Shown here piece after piece: positions 38,263 to 48,045 of a DNA stretch of 64,000 nt. Source of the DNA: a virus; IMG/VR virus record IMGVR_UViG_3300031952_000013, positions 1-64,000 of that record, one strand, 5' to 3'. The position numbers and the translations under genes are program-made. The notes beneath the pieces were generated by a model that did no database searches, was not told where the DNA came from, and saw nothing but the letters and a program-made list of their open reading frames with translations. The number at the start of each line of letters is the position of its first letter. Positions within the stretch are counted from its first letter, which is position 1.

Positions 38263-38646
38263 ATGAACAGAAGAGGATTTCTTGGTGTCGTGGGAGGCTC
38301 TGTTTCAGCGGCTTTTATAAGGTTAAAGCCGGAGAAACCAGTTTCTGCACCAAAACCGGTTGTCGAGAGTTTTGAATCTCTGGTGAAGATGCAATTGTTC
38401 AACGATAAGGGTAAGATGGTTGCTGAAAGTGTTAACCCTGTGGGTTGTGAGTTCCTCGAAAGGGGCGTAAGATTTTCGGATGCTCATTTTGCTACGGCGA
38501 AATCAAATTGGGGTACTCTGACAAGTTTTGTTATTTTGAATAGAAAGGGGAACAAAATCGTGGCTTGGGGGAATGTTACTGAAAAGAAAAGGGTTCGTAG
38601 AGGGGAGAGTGCTATTATGTCTGGGGTGTTTATTACCTTTAGTTAG
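38263..38646 (+). CDS. Protein with twin-arginine-like N-terminus and tail-protein-like domain
   Basis: MNRRGFLGVVGG; FATAKSNWGTLTSF.I....GN.IVAWG. Confidence 0.6.
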   Translation: MNRRGFLGVVGGSVSAAFIRLKPEKPVSAPKPVVESFESLVKMQLFNDKGKMVAESVNPVGCEFLERGVRFSDAHFATAKSNWGTLTSFVILNRKGNKIVAWGNVTEKKRVRRGESAIMSGVFITFS

Positions 38647-38654
38647 GAGGCAGT

Positions 38655-39344
38655 ATGAAAACACAAACTAAAATTATGGTTGGTCTAGGTCTAATCACTA
38701 TTCTGATTCTGGTTGCCTGGGGTTACGAGTATGGTCGTAGCAATCAGATGAAGAAGACGATTAATCTTATGGCGCAGGAAAGACAAGTAAAGATTGGGGA
38801 GTGGGAGGAGTGCCTGAGGTTGATGCAAGGGGAGATGAACACTCTTCTGGATAAAGCCGTGACAGCGCAGAAGGCTGCTGAGGATTTGCATGTTACTCTG
38901 GTGAAGGAGAGAGAAGCAAATCGTAGGGAGCGTGAAGCACGTTTGGCCGCTATGCCCCCGCAGGGTGTGGTTGAAGAAACACGGCGTATCTTGAATACTC
39001 AGGAAGTGTGGATTGTCACAACTAAAATAGAAATGACAGAGACGGCAGCCAGGATAAATTTGAGCAAGTTGTTGGATGGGGAGAATTTTGTTGAGGTGGA
39101 GAGACCGGCTTACGAGGCCACTATCACTCAACTGAAGATTTCCAATATCGAGTATTCCGAGGCTGTCAAAAAAGCACAGGCGCTGCTGAATATTCAGGAG
39201 TCGATTAAGAAGGTAAAGGATGATATTATCGGTGATGTCAAACTCTATGTCAAAGAGGTTGAATCATCAGCCAGGAAGAAGTTTGTCCTGTACTTCCTTG
39301 GTGGTATTGTTGCGGGTGGGGGTTTAGTTCTGTTAGCGAAGTAA
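38655..39344 (+). CDS. Membrane-anchored coiled-coil protein (spanin-like?)
   Basis: N- and C-terminal TM helices flanking a long coiled coil. Confidence 0.55.
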   Translation: MKTQTKIMVGLGLITILILVAWGYEYGRSNQMKKTINLMAQERQVKIGEWEECLRLMQGEMNTLLDKAVTAQKAAEDLHVTLVKEREANRREREARLAAMPPQGVVEETRRILNTQEVWIVTTKIEMTETAARINLSKLLDGENFVEVERPAYEATITQLKISNIEYSEAVKKAQALLNIQESIKKVKDDIIGDVKLYVKEVESSARKKFVLYFLGGIVAGGGLVLLAK

Positions 39345-39387
39345 GGTCTATTGCGGTATATGTTTTGACGCTTCACGATGTAATAAC

Positions 39388-41577
39388 ATGAAGTTTGTAT
39401 CCGTAACTACCAAAGAGCAGTTAAGTAGGTTGTGTCAACGTCTGTCTGATTTTAAAGGGATTGTCGCTCTGGATATTGAAACCGAGTCAACTAATCCGTG
39501 GAGAGACGATATTGTGGGCATTGGACTCTGTTGGGGGGAGGCAGGAAGTGCATACATACCTATAAAACATAGGTATGACCAACCTTTTGAGTCACAATAC
39601 GCTCTGAATATGCTCAAGAAGCCGCTTGAGGCGGTTGATTTGTGTTGTTTTAACGCCCCTTTTGACCTTGAGTTTCTTGATTTGAGAGGCGGAATAAGAC
39701 CAAAATTGCCTGTAGATGTGGCTATTTTGGCTTATATAAACGCAAAATATGAGGCTTTAAACCTTAAACATGTCTGTTCTATCGAACTTCCTGGGGTTAA
39801 AACAAGCTCTTTTAAGGATTTAATGCTTGAATATGACCTGAAACCATCTAAAAACTCGATTTCGGAACTTCCTATCGGGGTTGTAACCGATTATTGCGGT
39901 CGGGATGCCCTAGCTACGTTCCTTTTATACCGAAAATTGTTCGATTCGGTCAAAAATCACCCTATTTACCCTCTGGAAAGCCGACTTTTGCCTGTAACTA
40001 TGTGGTTGAGGCGAAACGGGGTGCTTATTGACCGGAGTTTCTTTGAAGATGAGGAAAAGACGCTTTTGGAGGAGTTGGGAGAGGTAAAAAGCATTATAGG
40101 AGCACAAATTTCAGATGCTTCGGGTCAAAAAGTCGATTTTAACATTGGTTCGTCAAAACAACTGGGTCAAGTCCTTTATAAGACCTTAAAATTGAGGTGT
40201 GACGAGTATACGCCGACTGGACAACCCAGGACTGACAAGGAACAGCTTGCAAAGTACAAATGGAAGCACCCCGTGGTCAAAAATATTGTTACTTTCAAGG
40301 AAATTCAGAAACTCCTCTCGACTTATTACTCAAACTACATGAAATACGTCGAGAAGGATGGTCGAATCCATGCAAGTTATAATCAAACAGGCGTACCCAC
40401 AGGTCGGTATAGTTGTTCTGACCCTAATTTGCAGAACATTCCTGATAAGAATGCGTGGGAAATTGAGACCCCGGCAGGTAAAAAAGCGGTTTGTGCCGGT
40501 ATGCGAAATGGTTTCATAGTGCCTGAAGACTGTTGGTTTGTCGAATTTGATTATAGTCAGATAGAAGCGAGACTAGCAGCAGGGGTGACACAGGAGCCGA
40601 TTCTGCTAAATGCTTTTTCTGAGGGGATTGATTACCACACAAAGACCGCATCTTTGGTGTTCAGCATCCCTGTGGATAGCGTGACGAAAGAACAGAGGAG
40701 GATGGCCAAGAGATTGAACTTTGCTTTGTCCTATGGGATGGGAACAAACAAGTTGTGGCGGGTGCTTAATGAGGATATTCCTATTTCGTACAAGGATTCG
40801 GCGGGGTTCAGAGACACTTATGTGAAGTCTTATCCTACAATGTTTCACATGGCTGAGGTTATCGGAAAGAACGCCGAGAGAACGAGGTATGTTGATACAA
40901 TCTTCGGTAGGCGTATTCCTGTGTTTGAATTCCTTAAAGGGGATGAAAAGTCGTTGCAAGACGGGAGGCGCATGGCTTATAATGGGGTAATCCAAGGTAG
41001 TGCCGCAGATATTTTAAAAAGAGGTCTGATTAAGACTTGGAATTTGATAAACCGCAAATATGGGATGGATAACGTCAAATTGACCATGACGATACACGAT
41101 TCGATGGAATTTGAGGTCAAAAAAGACATTCCGATGGTTGAGTTCGTTAAAGATGTGATTGCAGAGACGAGATTGTGCTTGAAAGGATTTCCTGTGATGT
41201 TTGTAGAACCCTCTGTTGGAAATGTCTGGGGCGGGTTGCAATCTCCTCAAAAAGAGGAGGATTTTAACATGTTTTTCGCCCGATTGTCAGGAAAAACGAC
41301 AGTTGACCTGTCGGTTAAGCCTGTGGTTGTGAATGGCTCAAATGGACGAATTTTTGTGGTTGAATTGCCGGAATTTACCAAAGATGGTAGTTTCCGTACT
41401 ATGACCCAGGTTGTAACTCTGAGGAATTACCTTGTGGGGCATCCTGGGAAGAATAAAGTGGTCTTGAAGATAGGTTCCCGTGAAGAGACACTTCCCTTTG
41501 ACACGGCGATTAATCTAGAAGACAAAGACAGGATTGCTTTGATGATAGGAGCGCGTTTCTATGAGAGGGTAGGATGA
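39388..41577 (+). CDS. polA: Family A DNA polymerase with 3'-5' exonuclease and C-terminal extension
   Basis: Exo I DIET, Exo II FNAPFD, Exo III YCGRDA; TGRYSCSDPNLQNIP; motif A DYSQIEAR; motif B RRMAKRLNFALSYG; motif C IHD. Confidence 0.95.
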   Translation: MKFVSVTTKEQLSRLCQRLSDFKGIVALDIETESTNPWRDDIVGIGLCWGEAGSAYIPIKHRYDQPFESQYALNMLKKPLEAVDLCCFNAPFDLEFLDLRGGIRPKLPVDVAILAYINAKYEALNLKHVCSIELPGVKTSSFKDLMLEYDLKPSKNSISELPIGVVTDYCGRDALATFLLYRKLFDSVKNHPIYPLESRLLPVTMWLRRNGVLIDRSFFEDEEKTLLEELGEVKSIIGAQISDASGQKVDFNIGSSKQLGQVLYKTLKLRCDEYTPTGQPRTDKEQLAKYKWKHPVVKNIVTFKEIQKLLSTYYSNYMKYVEKDGRIHASYNQTGVPTGRYSCSDPNLQNIPDKNAWEIETPAGKKAVCAGMRNGFIVPEDCWFVEFDYSQIEARLAAGVTQEPILLNAFSEGIDYHTKTASLVFSIPVDSVTKEQRRMAKRLNFALSYGMGTNKLWRVLNEDIPISYKDSAGFRDTYVKSYPTMFHMAEVIGKNAERTRYVDTIFGRRIPVFEFLKGDEKSLQDGRRMAYNGVIQGSAADILKRGLIKTWNLINRKYGMDNVKLTMTIHDSMEFEVKKDIPMVEFVKDVIAETRLCLKGFPVMFVEPSVGNVWGGLQSPQKEEDFNMFFARLSGKTTVDLSVKPVVVNGSNGRIFVVELPEFTKDGSFRTMTQVVTLRNYLVGHPGKNKVVLKIGSREETLPFDTAINLEDKDRIALMIGARFYERVG

Positions 41578-42581
41578 AAGTACAATTCTTGACTGCTAAA
41601 GAGTTGGTAGATAAGATGGGGTACAGCTTGAAGTCTGGAGGGAATGTTTATGGATATGAAGTGGCTTCTGGTATTGCCTTGAATAGTTTAAAGGGAGCCG
41701 GAGTAGAAATTGCCGAGGATGCGAGGTTGTGTTTGCAGTACACCCCCCCACATTGGTTTACTCCTATAGAGGGTAAAATTAATGTGATTTTCTCAATGTG
41801 GGAGGCTGAGAATATTCCACCTGATTTACTTGAATCGTTTGTTAAGGCTGACGCTATTATTGTGCCATCTAAGAATTCAAAGGAGGCTTTGAAGAGAGGC
41901 GGGATATTGAAGCCTATCTATATTTGCCATCAGGCCTGTGATACAGATTTTTACTACTTCAAAGAACACGAAACGGCTGGTTTGGGAGGGACTGTTAGGT
42001 TTTTATGGGTTGGTGCGCCGAATGTTCGTAAGGGGTACGACTTGGCAATTCAGGCCTTCTACGAGGCGTTCCATAACACAGGGGCTAACGTAGAATTGTA
42101 TGTTAAGTCTACTCTGGAGGGGAAAGAAGGGGAAATCACTCCCATGACTAGATTTAATGCTGTTGTTGATACAAGGAATTTGCCGAAAGAGCAGTTGAGG
42201 GAGCTTTACTGGTCGTCTCAGGCGTTTCTATATCCATCTAGAGGAGAAGGGGCAGGGCTGCCCCCTATGGAGGCGATGTCAACGGGGCTGCCGGTTATTG
42301 GGCCTAGATATGGTGGGATGAGAGACTACATGTTTTCTGACTATTCTTATCCTGTGAAGTGGAAAATGGTGGAGTGCGAATATGGTATTAAAACTAGATT
42401 ATGCGAAGTGGATATAGATGATTTGATTACTGTTCTGTGGAAGGTGTATAATAATATTCCTCAGGCTCTTGCTAAGGGAGAGGGCGCATCAAAGTTTGTC
42501 AATTGGGTATTCTCCCCTCAGATGATGGGGAAATCACTGACTGGTGTTTTAGAGACAATTGAGGAGAAATATAATGAGTGA
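41574..42581 (+). CDS. GT-B (GT4-like) glycosyltransferase
   Basis: MWE, IIVPS, RKGYD, FLYPSRGEGAGLPPMEAMSTGLPVI. Confidence 0.9.
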   Translation: MKVQFLTAKELVDKMGYSLKSGGNVYGYEVASGIALNSLKGAGVEIAEDARLCLQYTPPHWFTPIEGKINVIFSMWEAENIPPDLLESFVKADAIIVPSKNSKEALKRGGILKPIYICHQACDTDFYYFKEHETAGLGGTVRFLWVGAPNVRKGYDLAIQAFYEAFHNTGANVELYVKSTLEGKEGEITPMTRFNAVVDTRNLPKEQLRELYWSSQAFLYPSRGEGAGLPPMEAMSTGLPVIGPRYGGMRDYMFSDYSYPVKWKMVECEYGIKTRLCEVDIDDLITVLWKVYNNIPQALAKGEGASKFVNWVFSPQMMGKSLTGVLETIEEKYNE

Positions 42582-42966
42582 TAAGTCAGGGGTTCCACCC
42601 TCTGAGGTTGGTCCGAAAGGACCGAGGATGGGGAAGTTAAATCTTGGGGAGATGGTTGAAGCGGTAGTTCTAGCTACGTACATTAAGGTGCTTTGTCAAA
42701 AGCGTAATCTGCAAATGCAAGGGCAGTTCTTTGAGGGGCTGTTGGCTGGTTATGACCATTGGTTTAGAACTCTTAAAATTCCTCAGGATTTGTTTGATGA
42801 GCTTCAGGAGAAAATAGATAAAGATTTGGTTATGAAGAGGGCAGAAGAGTATATGGATAAGGCGATGGGTCAACAGGGTAGAATAATTGTTCCTGGTGTT
42901 CAGGATGTTGCGGCGGCAAAAGCGGCTAAATCCATTTTTGATCGTCAGTTTAAGGTGGCTAAATGA
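42574..42966 (+). CDS. Hypothetical protein
   Basis: GAGGAG RBS. Confidence 0.55.
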   Translation: MSDKSGVPPSEVGPKGPRMGKLNLGEMVEAVVLATYIKVLCQKRNLQMQGQFFEGLLAGYDHWFRTLKIPQDLFDELQEKIDKDLVMKRAEEYMDKAMGQQGRIIVPGVQDVAAAKAAKSIFDRQFKVAK

Positions 42967-43307
42967 GTATGATTGTTTATGTTTTACTGCTTACATTTGT
43001 TATGACGGGAAGTGTTCTGACAGGTGTGGCATCTTGGTATGGACCTGGGTTTCATGGTAGGTTAACAGCTAGTGGAGAAGTTTTTGATATGCACGCTATG
43101 ACTGCTGCACACAGGAAACTCCCATTGGGGACGATGGTTAGTATCAGAAATATGTTGAATGGGAAGACTGTGGTAGTGACAATCAACGACAGAGGACCCT
43201 ATATTGATGGCAGGATGCTTGATGTTTCGTATGGGGTGGCTGTAAAGTTAGATATGGTGGATAGGGGGTTTTGTCCTGTGCAGGTTAAGGTTATGAGGTT
43301 ACAATGA
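42963..43307 (+). CDS. rlpA: RlpA-like DPBB lytic transglycosylase
   Basis: GVASWYG..FHG..TASGE.FD...MTAAH..LPLGT...V.INDRGP...R.LD.S; N-terminal hydrophobic anchor. Confidence 0.9.
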   Translation: MSMIVYVLLLTFVMTGSVLTGVASWYGPGFHGRLTASGEVFDMHAMTAAHRKLPLGTMVSIRNMLNGKTVVVTINDRGPYIDGRMLDVSYGVAVKLDMVDRGFCPVQVKVMRLQ

Positions 43308-44032
43308 AGGTTAGTGCTGGATGGTTTGTTTCAACACCGTGTGATGTGGAGTTTATAAAGCATTTACATGGTCTGGAGAGGAATATTCAGGTGTCGTTCT
43401 ATGAGAGACAGGATTTGTCGTGGACTTTGGCTCTGTCGCAGTATTCAGATAGAGTCACTTCTGTCCATCTTCCTAAAGGGCTGTCTGTGAGTGATTATCG
43501 AGAAGGGGGAGTGGTTGACAGTCTCATGGATGCTTTTAGTACAGACCTTTTTGTTGTGCATCCTTGGGCTGAGGATTTAGAGATCATAGTTGATGTGGTA
43601 CTGGAAAGAGAGAAGTTTTGTCTTTGTCTGGAGGGGTTTTCATTAGGGAAGGGTAAGGGAGGGGTGATTAATTTAATAGAGCGATTTGGTAAAGTTATGC
43701 GTACCTATCCTCACATTGGTTTGTGTGTGGATTTCTCCCATATCGAGACTGAGGTGATGAGTTGGCAGTTGGTTAAGGCGTTGTTGCCTTACACAAAGAT
43801 GTTACATGTGTCTACGGTGGTTGATGGTAAACCGCATCGGCCTATGTATAGTACATTGTCAACAGTTTTAGTAAGGCCACTTTTGAATCAATTTTTACAG
43901 ACACCGATAACTTCGGTGAAGGAGGTCGTGGTAGAGTACGATAAAGAATTTCAGAAAGACCTGTTAAAAGATACGGCTCGTTTGAGTGAGTGGGTAGAGG
44001 AAAAAAGGAGGAAATTTAAAAATGACAAGTGA
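43304..44032 (+). CDS. Xylose isomerase/AP-endonuclease-like TIM-barrel protein
   Basis: SVHLP, VVHP, LCLE, CVDFSH, LHVS, H.P and VVEY metal-ligand pattern. Confidence 0.65.
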   Translation: MKVSAGWFVSTPCDVEFIKHLHGLERNIQVSFYERQDLSWTLALSQYSDRVTSVHLPKGLSVSDYREGGVVDSLMDAFSTDLFVVHPWAEDLEIIVDVVLEREKFCLCLEGFSLGKGKGGVINLIERFGKVMRTYPHIGLCVDFSHIETEVMSWQLVKALLPYTKMLHVSTVVDGKPHRPMYSTLSTVLVRPLLNQFLQTPITSVKEVVVEYDKEFQKDLLKDTARLSEWVEEKRRKFKNDK

Positions 44033-44975
44033 CAAGTATGAGTATCGCGTGTTTAGTCCCAATGCTTTTGTTACTCCTGAAGCTATGGAGGAAAGCATGA
44101 ACGCTTTGGGTGAAGAGGGCTTCAGATTTATTTCGGCGTTTAAGTTTGGTACTTCTGACTTTTTGCTGTTCAGCAAGCCGAAATTTATGAAAATGCCTTA
44201 TCGAGTGCAAGGAGATTCTACAGGAAAATTTACTATCAAAGGTGGAAGTTCGAGGGTATAGTAATAGGAGCGAAAATAATGCGCCTAATGCAAAAGGTCA
44301 GTTTCCCAGGTGGTCGACAGTATGAACAATATACGGCAGAGTTCACGATTGAGGACCAGGATGTTCCAAAAGAACTGCTTGGTGAGTGCAACTTATTGGA
44401 AAGGATGTTTTTGTTCAACACCTTGGTTTCAATTGAGGGACTTTTGTTTCAATACGCCAAGGGTTATATTTCCCTAGAAGAATACAAAGCACAAAAAGAC
44501 AGGCTAATCAGTATTCTCTCGGACAAGTTGAAGAAGGTTCTTGGTGGGCTTTTGAGGGTGGAGAATGGCAAGCGTTGACCTGAGTAATCTTTCCTTGACT
44601 TTTAAATTGCTGACGGACGCAATCTGTGTCAAACAGTTTGAGGATGACCGTGACATTTTAGAAATTAGCAGGTTGCTTCTGAAGGCACTAGTTTTGGCGT
44701 ATGAGGCTAGAGTTTTTTTGCTGCGGGGTAGGAAAGAGGATTCGGCAGAGCAGTATTTAAAGTCTACAGTTAATCTTGTGTTGAAGGGATTAGCGCAGGA
44801 CGAGAGACGGGCCTACCGAAAACTAAGTGTATCTACAGAGGTAAGAGTCTATGAAGATGCTGTGGAGTATGTGGACGTAGTTTTAGAGGCCTGTAAGAGG
44901 TATGAATCAATGTTAAGGCTTGTTGCAGACTCAATGAAGTTAGGAGTAAAATTGGCCTTTGAAGGCCATAATTAG
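44022..44975 (+). CDS. Three hypothetical ORFs (44022-44261 DUF4177-like, 44279-44578, 44565-44975)
   Basis: YEYRV...MNALGEEGFRFI in the first; coupled starts. Confidence 0.5.
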
Positions 44976-44988
44976 GAGGAATAAAAAT

Positions 44989-45834
44989 ATGAAACTGGAT
45001 TTAGCGAACGCGAAACCAGAGGGCAGGGCTGAATTTCCACGGCTCTCTTTGAAAAAAGATGAGACGGCTAGAATTTGCATCCTCTCGACAAAGGATTGGG
45101 AAGTCTCCCTAAGGCATTTTGTCAACGGTGCTGGTTATGTCCATTGTCATGCTATGAAGGACGCTAAGGATGAGATTGACCTTCTTCGGATTGAGGAGGA
45201 GGGTGGTAATCCTGACAAGTGCATGATGTGTAAAATGGCTCTTCAGCAGGATAATGGACCTGTGGGTCGTCCTTACAGACGGTTTGCTTTGAGGGTACTT
45301 CGCTACGGGACTGACCTTTATGGGAAAGTCACTCTTCCTTTAAAGTTTTGGATGGAAATTTGGATTATCAGTAACGAGAAGTACCGGCAGCTTAGACGGA
45401 TTGTAGATGAATGGGGAAAGTTGGCTGAGCATGACCTTACTCTGACCTGCTCGGATGCTTCTTATCAAAAGATTTCTATTGATGTGAAAAAGGAAGCGGC
45501 CTGGATGAAAGATAAGCAGGGTGTGGTTGGTTATTGGAAAGCTGAACTTGGGAAGTACAAGTTGGATGAGTGTCTGGGTAACTCCTATGACGAAAAGACT
45601 CTGGAGAAGAGGCTTTCTCTAGTTGCTCGCAGGGGTCAAAAAACGACTGCCGTCGAGTTAGAGGAAGACTCAGTTTTCTCCTCTGATGAGGCTAAACCCA
45701 AGCCGATTGGTGATGTATTTGGGGCGGGTGGTTCGGGAACAGCCTCACCGGTAGATAACGGAGAGGGTACTAAGACAGGGTTTAAAGAAGAAGCTGAAAC
45801 CGTTGATTTCCTAAAGGAATTGGATATTTCCTGA
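44989..45834 (+). CDS. Phage single-stranded DNA-binding protein (gp32-like)
   Basis: RLSLK...ARICIL, H...HC...C..C Zn ligands, acidic tail; directly upstream of RecA. Confidence 0.6.
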   Translation: MKLDLANAKPEGRAEFPRLSLKKDETARICILSTKDWEVSLRHFVNGAGYVHCHAMKDAKDEIDLLRIEEEGGNPDKCMMCKMALQQDNGPVGRPYRRFALRVLRYGTDLYGKVTLPLKFWMEIWIISNEKYRQLRRIVDEWGKLAEHDLTLTCSDASYQKISIDVKKEAAWMKDKQGVVGYWKAELGKYKLDECLGNSYDEKTLEKRLSLVARRGQKTTAVELEEDSVFSSDEAKPKPIGDVFGAGGSGTASPVDNGEGTKTGFKEEAETVDFLKELDIS

Positions 45835-46889
45835 TGGAAGATTGGCATAAGAGTATCGAACAGGAGTTTGGTAGTGATGTTTTTTTGTCTGGTTTTAGTG
45901 GCGATGTGGTTCCTACTGGAAGTTGTATTGTGGATGCTCTTACTGGTATTGGGGGTTTCCCTATTGGCGGAATTGTGGAAGTCTGTGGTACAGAGGGTAG
46001 CGGAAAGACAACGTTAGCCCTCACATCTATGGTATCGGCGTTGAGGTCAGGTAAGTCGGTGATGTGGTTAGATTTTGAGCGGAAACTCAGCAGTACCTAT
46101 GCTAAGAAACTTGGAGTTAATTTCGATTTGGTTAGGGATTATGTGTTATCTCCTGAATCTATGGAAGATGGTTGGATGATGATTAATCGGTTTTGTGAGG
46201 CTCCTCAGCACAGAGGGGGTATGATTTTTGTGGATAGTGTGGCTGCTATGCCCCCTATCTCTGACCTAGAGAAAGTGAAACTGATTATCGGTCAGGTGCG
46301 TGTCGCAAGTATGGCACAAGTTATGTCGGTAGCGTTTCGTCAGATGATTAATGTCCTCAAAAAATCCCAGGTAGGGATAGTGTTTTTGAACCAAGAACGC
46401 AGTCTGATAGACACTACGGGAAGAAGCATAGGACAGAAAACAACCCCAGGAGGAGCGGCTCTTAAATTTTACAGTTCGTTGCGGTTGAAAATGGAGATTA
46501 AAGGGGCCATAAAAGAGCCTCAAATTGACCCTATATCGGGGGTTGTAGCCGAAATTGTGACGGGATTAAACATTCAGGTGACTGTGTTGAAGAATACGTT
46601 GGCTCCAAGTTATCGAAAAGCGTGGGTTGTTCTCCGTATGGATGAGGGTATCGACAACCTTACATCGGCGGTGAAAATCGCGGAGAATCTGGGTTGGATA
46701 AAGAAAAAGGGTTCTTATTATGTTCTGGCAGACCGATTTAGTGGCAGTGACACACTAGGTGGTCACAAAGAACATGGTTTTGAGCGTTTGAGGAAGTTTT
46801 TTCTGAACAACTCTGATGTGATGGGTATTCTTATGAAGGACGTGAACGATTATCTAACGTCCAAACCAATAAAATCAATGGAGGAGTAA
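45834..46889 (+). CDS. recA: RecA/UvsX recombinase
   Basis: PTGS..VD..TGIGG.P.G.IVE..GTEGSGKTT, DFE, VDSVAA, FLNQ.R, TTPGG.ALKFYSS.R. Confidence 0.95.
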   Translation: MEDWHKSIEQEFGSDVFLSGFSGDVVPTGSCIVDALTGIGGFPIGGIVEVCGTEGSGKTTLALTSMVSALRSGKSVMWLDFERKLSSTYAKKLGVNFDLVRDYVLSPESMEDGWMMINRFCEAPQHRGGMIFVDSVAAMPPISDLEKVKLIIGQVRVASMAQVMSVAFRQMINVLKKSQVGIVFLNQERSLIDTTGRSIGQKTTPGGAALKFYSSLRLKMEIKGAIKEPQIDPISGVVAEIVTGLNIQVTVLKNTLAPSYRKAWVVLRMDEGIDNLTSAVKIAENLGWIKKKGSYYVLADRFSGSDTLGGHKEHGFERLRKFFLNNSDVMGILMKDVNDYLTSKPIKSMEE

Positions 46890-47939
46890 ATGTCAACGGC
46901 TATTGAACGTGTAGAAAAACTCAGGGATGCTTTCCTGACTAAGGACCAGGCTCTAGAGAAGGCTGAGGTCTTTGAAAATTGTCAGGAGCTTCTTGTGAAG
47001 GGGAAAACTAAGTTTGAGTTTCATCCTTCAACGGCTAACACTTTTTTGATGCACTACAACAACGGTGAGTATGTGGTGAGCCAGGAAAGTTTTGTGAAGT
47101 TAGGTCGTCTGGTGGGGATTCCCTCTACCTATGCTGAGAAGATTCCGGCTCAGTATTTGTTCCCCCATCTTAGTTACTGGTTTGCGGATGGTGACGTTGG
47201 CGTTAAGGCATTCATCCGTCCGACGAATGGCGGTGGGGATGTTCGGCCTAAGATTGCTGGTTTTGCCAAGGAAGACGCTTTCTACTATCCTCTGTCTCGC
47301 ATTTTTGAGCAGATTGATAAGGTGCGTCCTGACTATCTTGTAGAGGGTTTGACAGATGTTACATGGAGAGACACCACCTTTGGACTTGTTTTTCCTGAAA
47401 CTGAATTTATAGTTGACGTAGGGAAAGGTGAATTGAAGAGAGGTGACCATCTATTCGGAGGGGTTAAGGTTAGGACTTCTCTACTGGGTGAGTTCCCCTC
47501 TAAGGTTGCGGCTTTCTTTATGACTCTGATTTGTCTGAATGGGATGATTAGCCGAGATGAGATTTATACATTCAATCGTCGTCTGGGGTTTGAGGGACTT
47601 GATGAGTGGTTGATAGACGGAATCACGAGTGCTATTGGTGCGCTTGAGTCTGAAATCGGTAAGGTTCGTAGGCTTACTGATATTGAGATTTCAGATGAGG
47701 CTATTCCCCCTTATGTATCCCATATGTTTGACCAGATGGGTATTAATCAGAAGACGAGGGAAGCAGTTTTAGGTAAGTTAGTTGAACGGCACCCCAGGAA
47801 CCTGTATGACCTGATGAATGCTGTAACTGAGGTTGCTCATAGTATTGAGAACCGCAGGGAAGTGTATACTTTACAGGCTTTGGGTGGGTTTGTGGCGAGT
47901 CACGCTGAGTCCTGTGACCGTTGCCACAGACCATTTTGA
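46890..47939 (+). CDS. DUF932-like protein
   Basis: G..VRTS..G...V..F..TLICLNGM and NLYDLMNAVT pattern. Confidence 0.6.
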   Translation: MSTAIERVEKLRDAFLTKDQALEKAEVFENCQELLVKGKTKFEFHPSTANTFLMHYNNGEYVVSQESFVKLGRLVGIPSTYAEKIPAQYLFPHLSYWFADGDVGVKAFIRPTNGGGDVRPKIAGFAKEDAFYYPLSRIFEQIDKVRPDYLVEGLTDVTWRDTTFGLVFPETEFIVDVGKGELKRGDHLFGGVKVRTSLLGEFPSKVAAFFMTLICLNGMISRDEIYTFNRRLGFEGLDEWLIDGITSAIGALESEIGKVRRLTDIEISDEAIPPYVSHMFDQMGINQKTREAVLGKLVERHPRNLYDLMNAVTEVAHSIENRREVYTLQALGGFVASHAESCDRCHRPF

Positions 47940-47964
47940 TTCGTTCAGTTTTACCTCCTTGGGT

Positions 47965-48010
47965 GGGGGGAGAGGGCTTTATACTCCTTTCTTCCCTCTC
48001 CCCCCTTTTT
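47965..48010 (+). terminator. Intrinsic terminator
   Basis: GGGGGGAGAGGG / CCCTCTCCCCCC 12-bp stem followed by TTTTT. Confidence 0.7.
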
Positions 48011-48045
48011 ATTAGAGGCTATATTATGAGAATAGGAAGAAGTAG

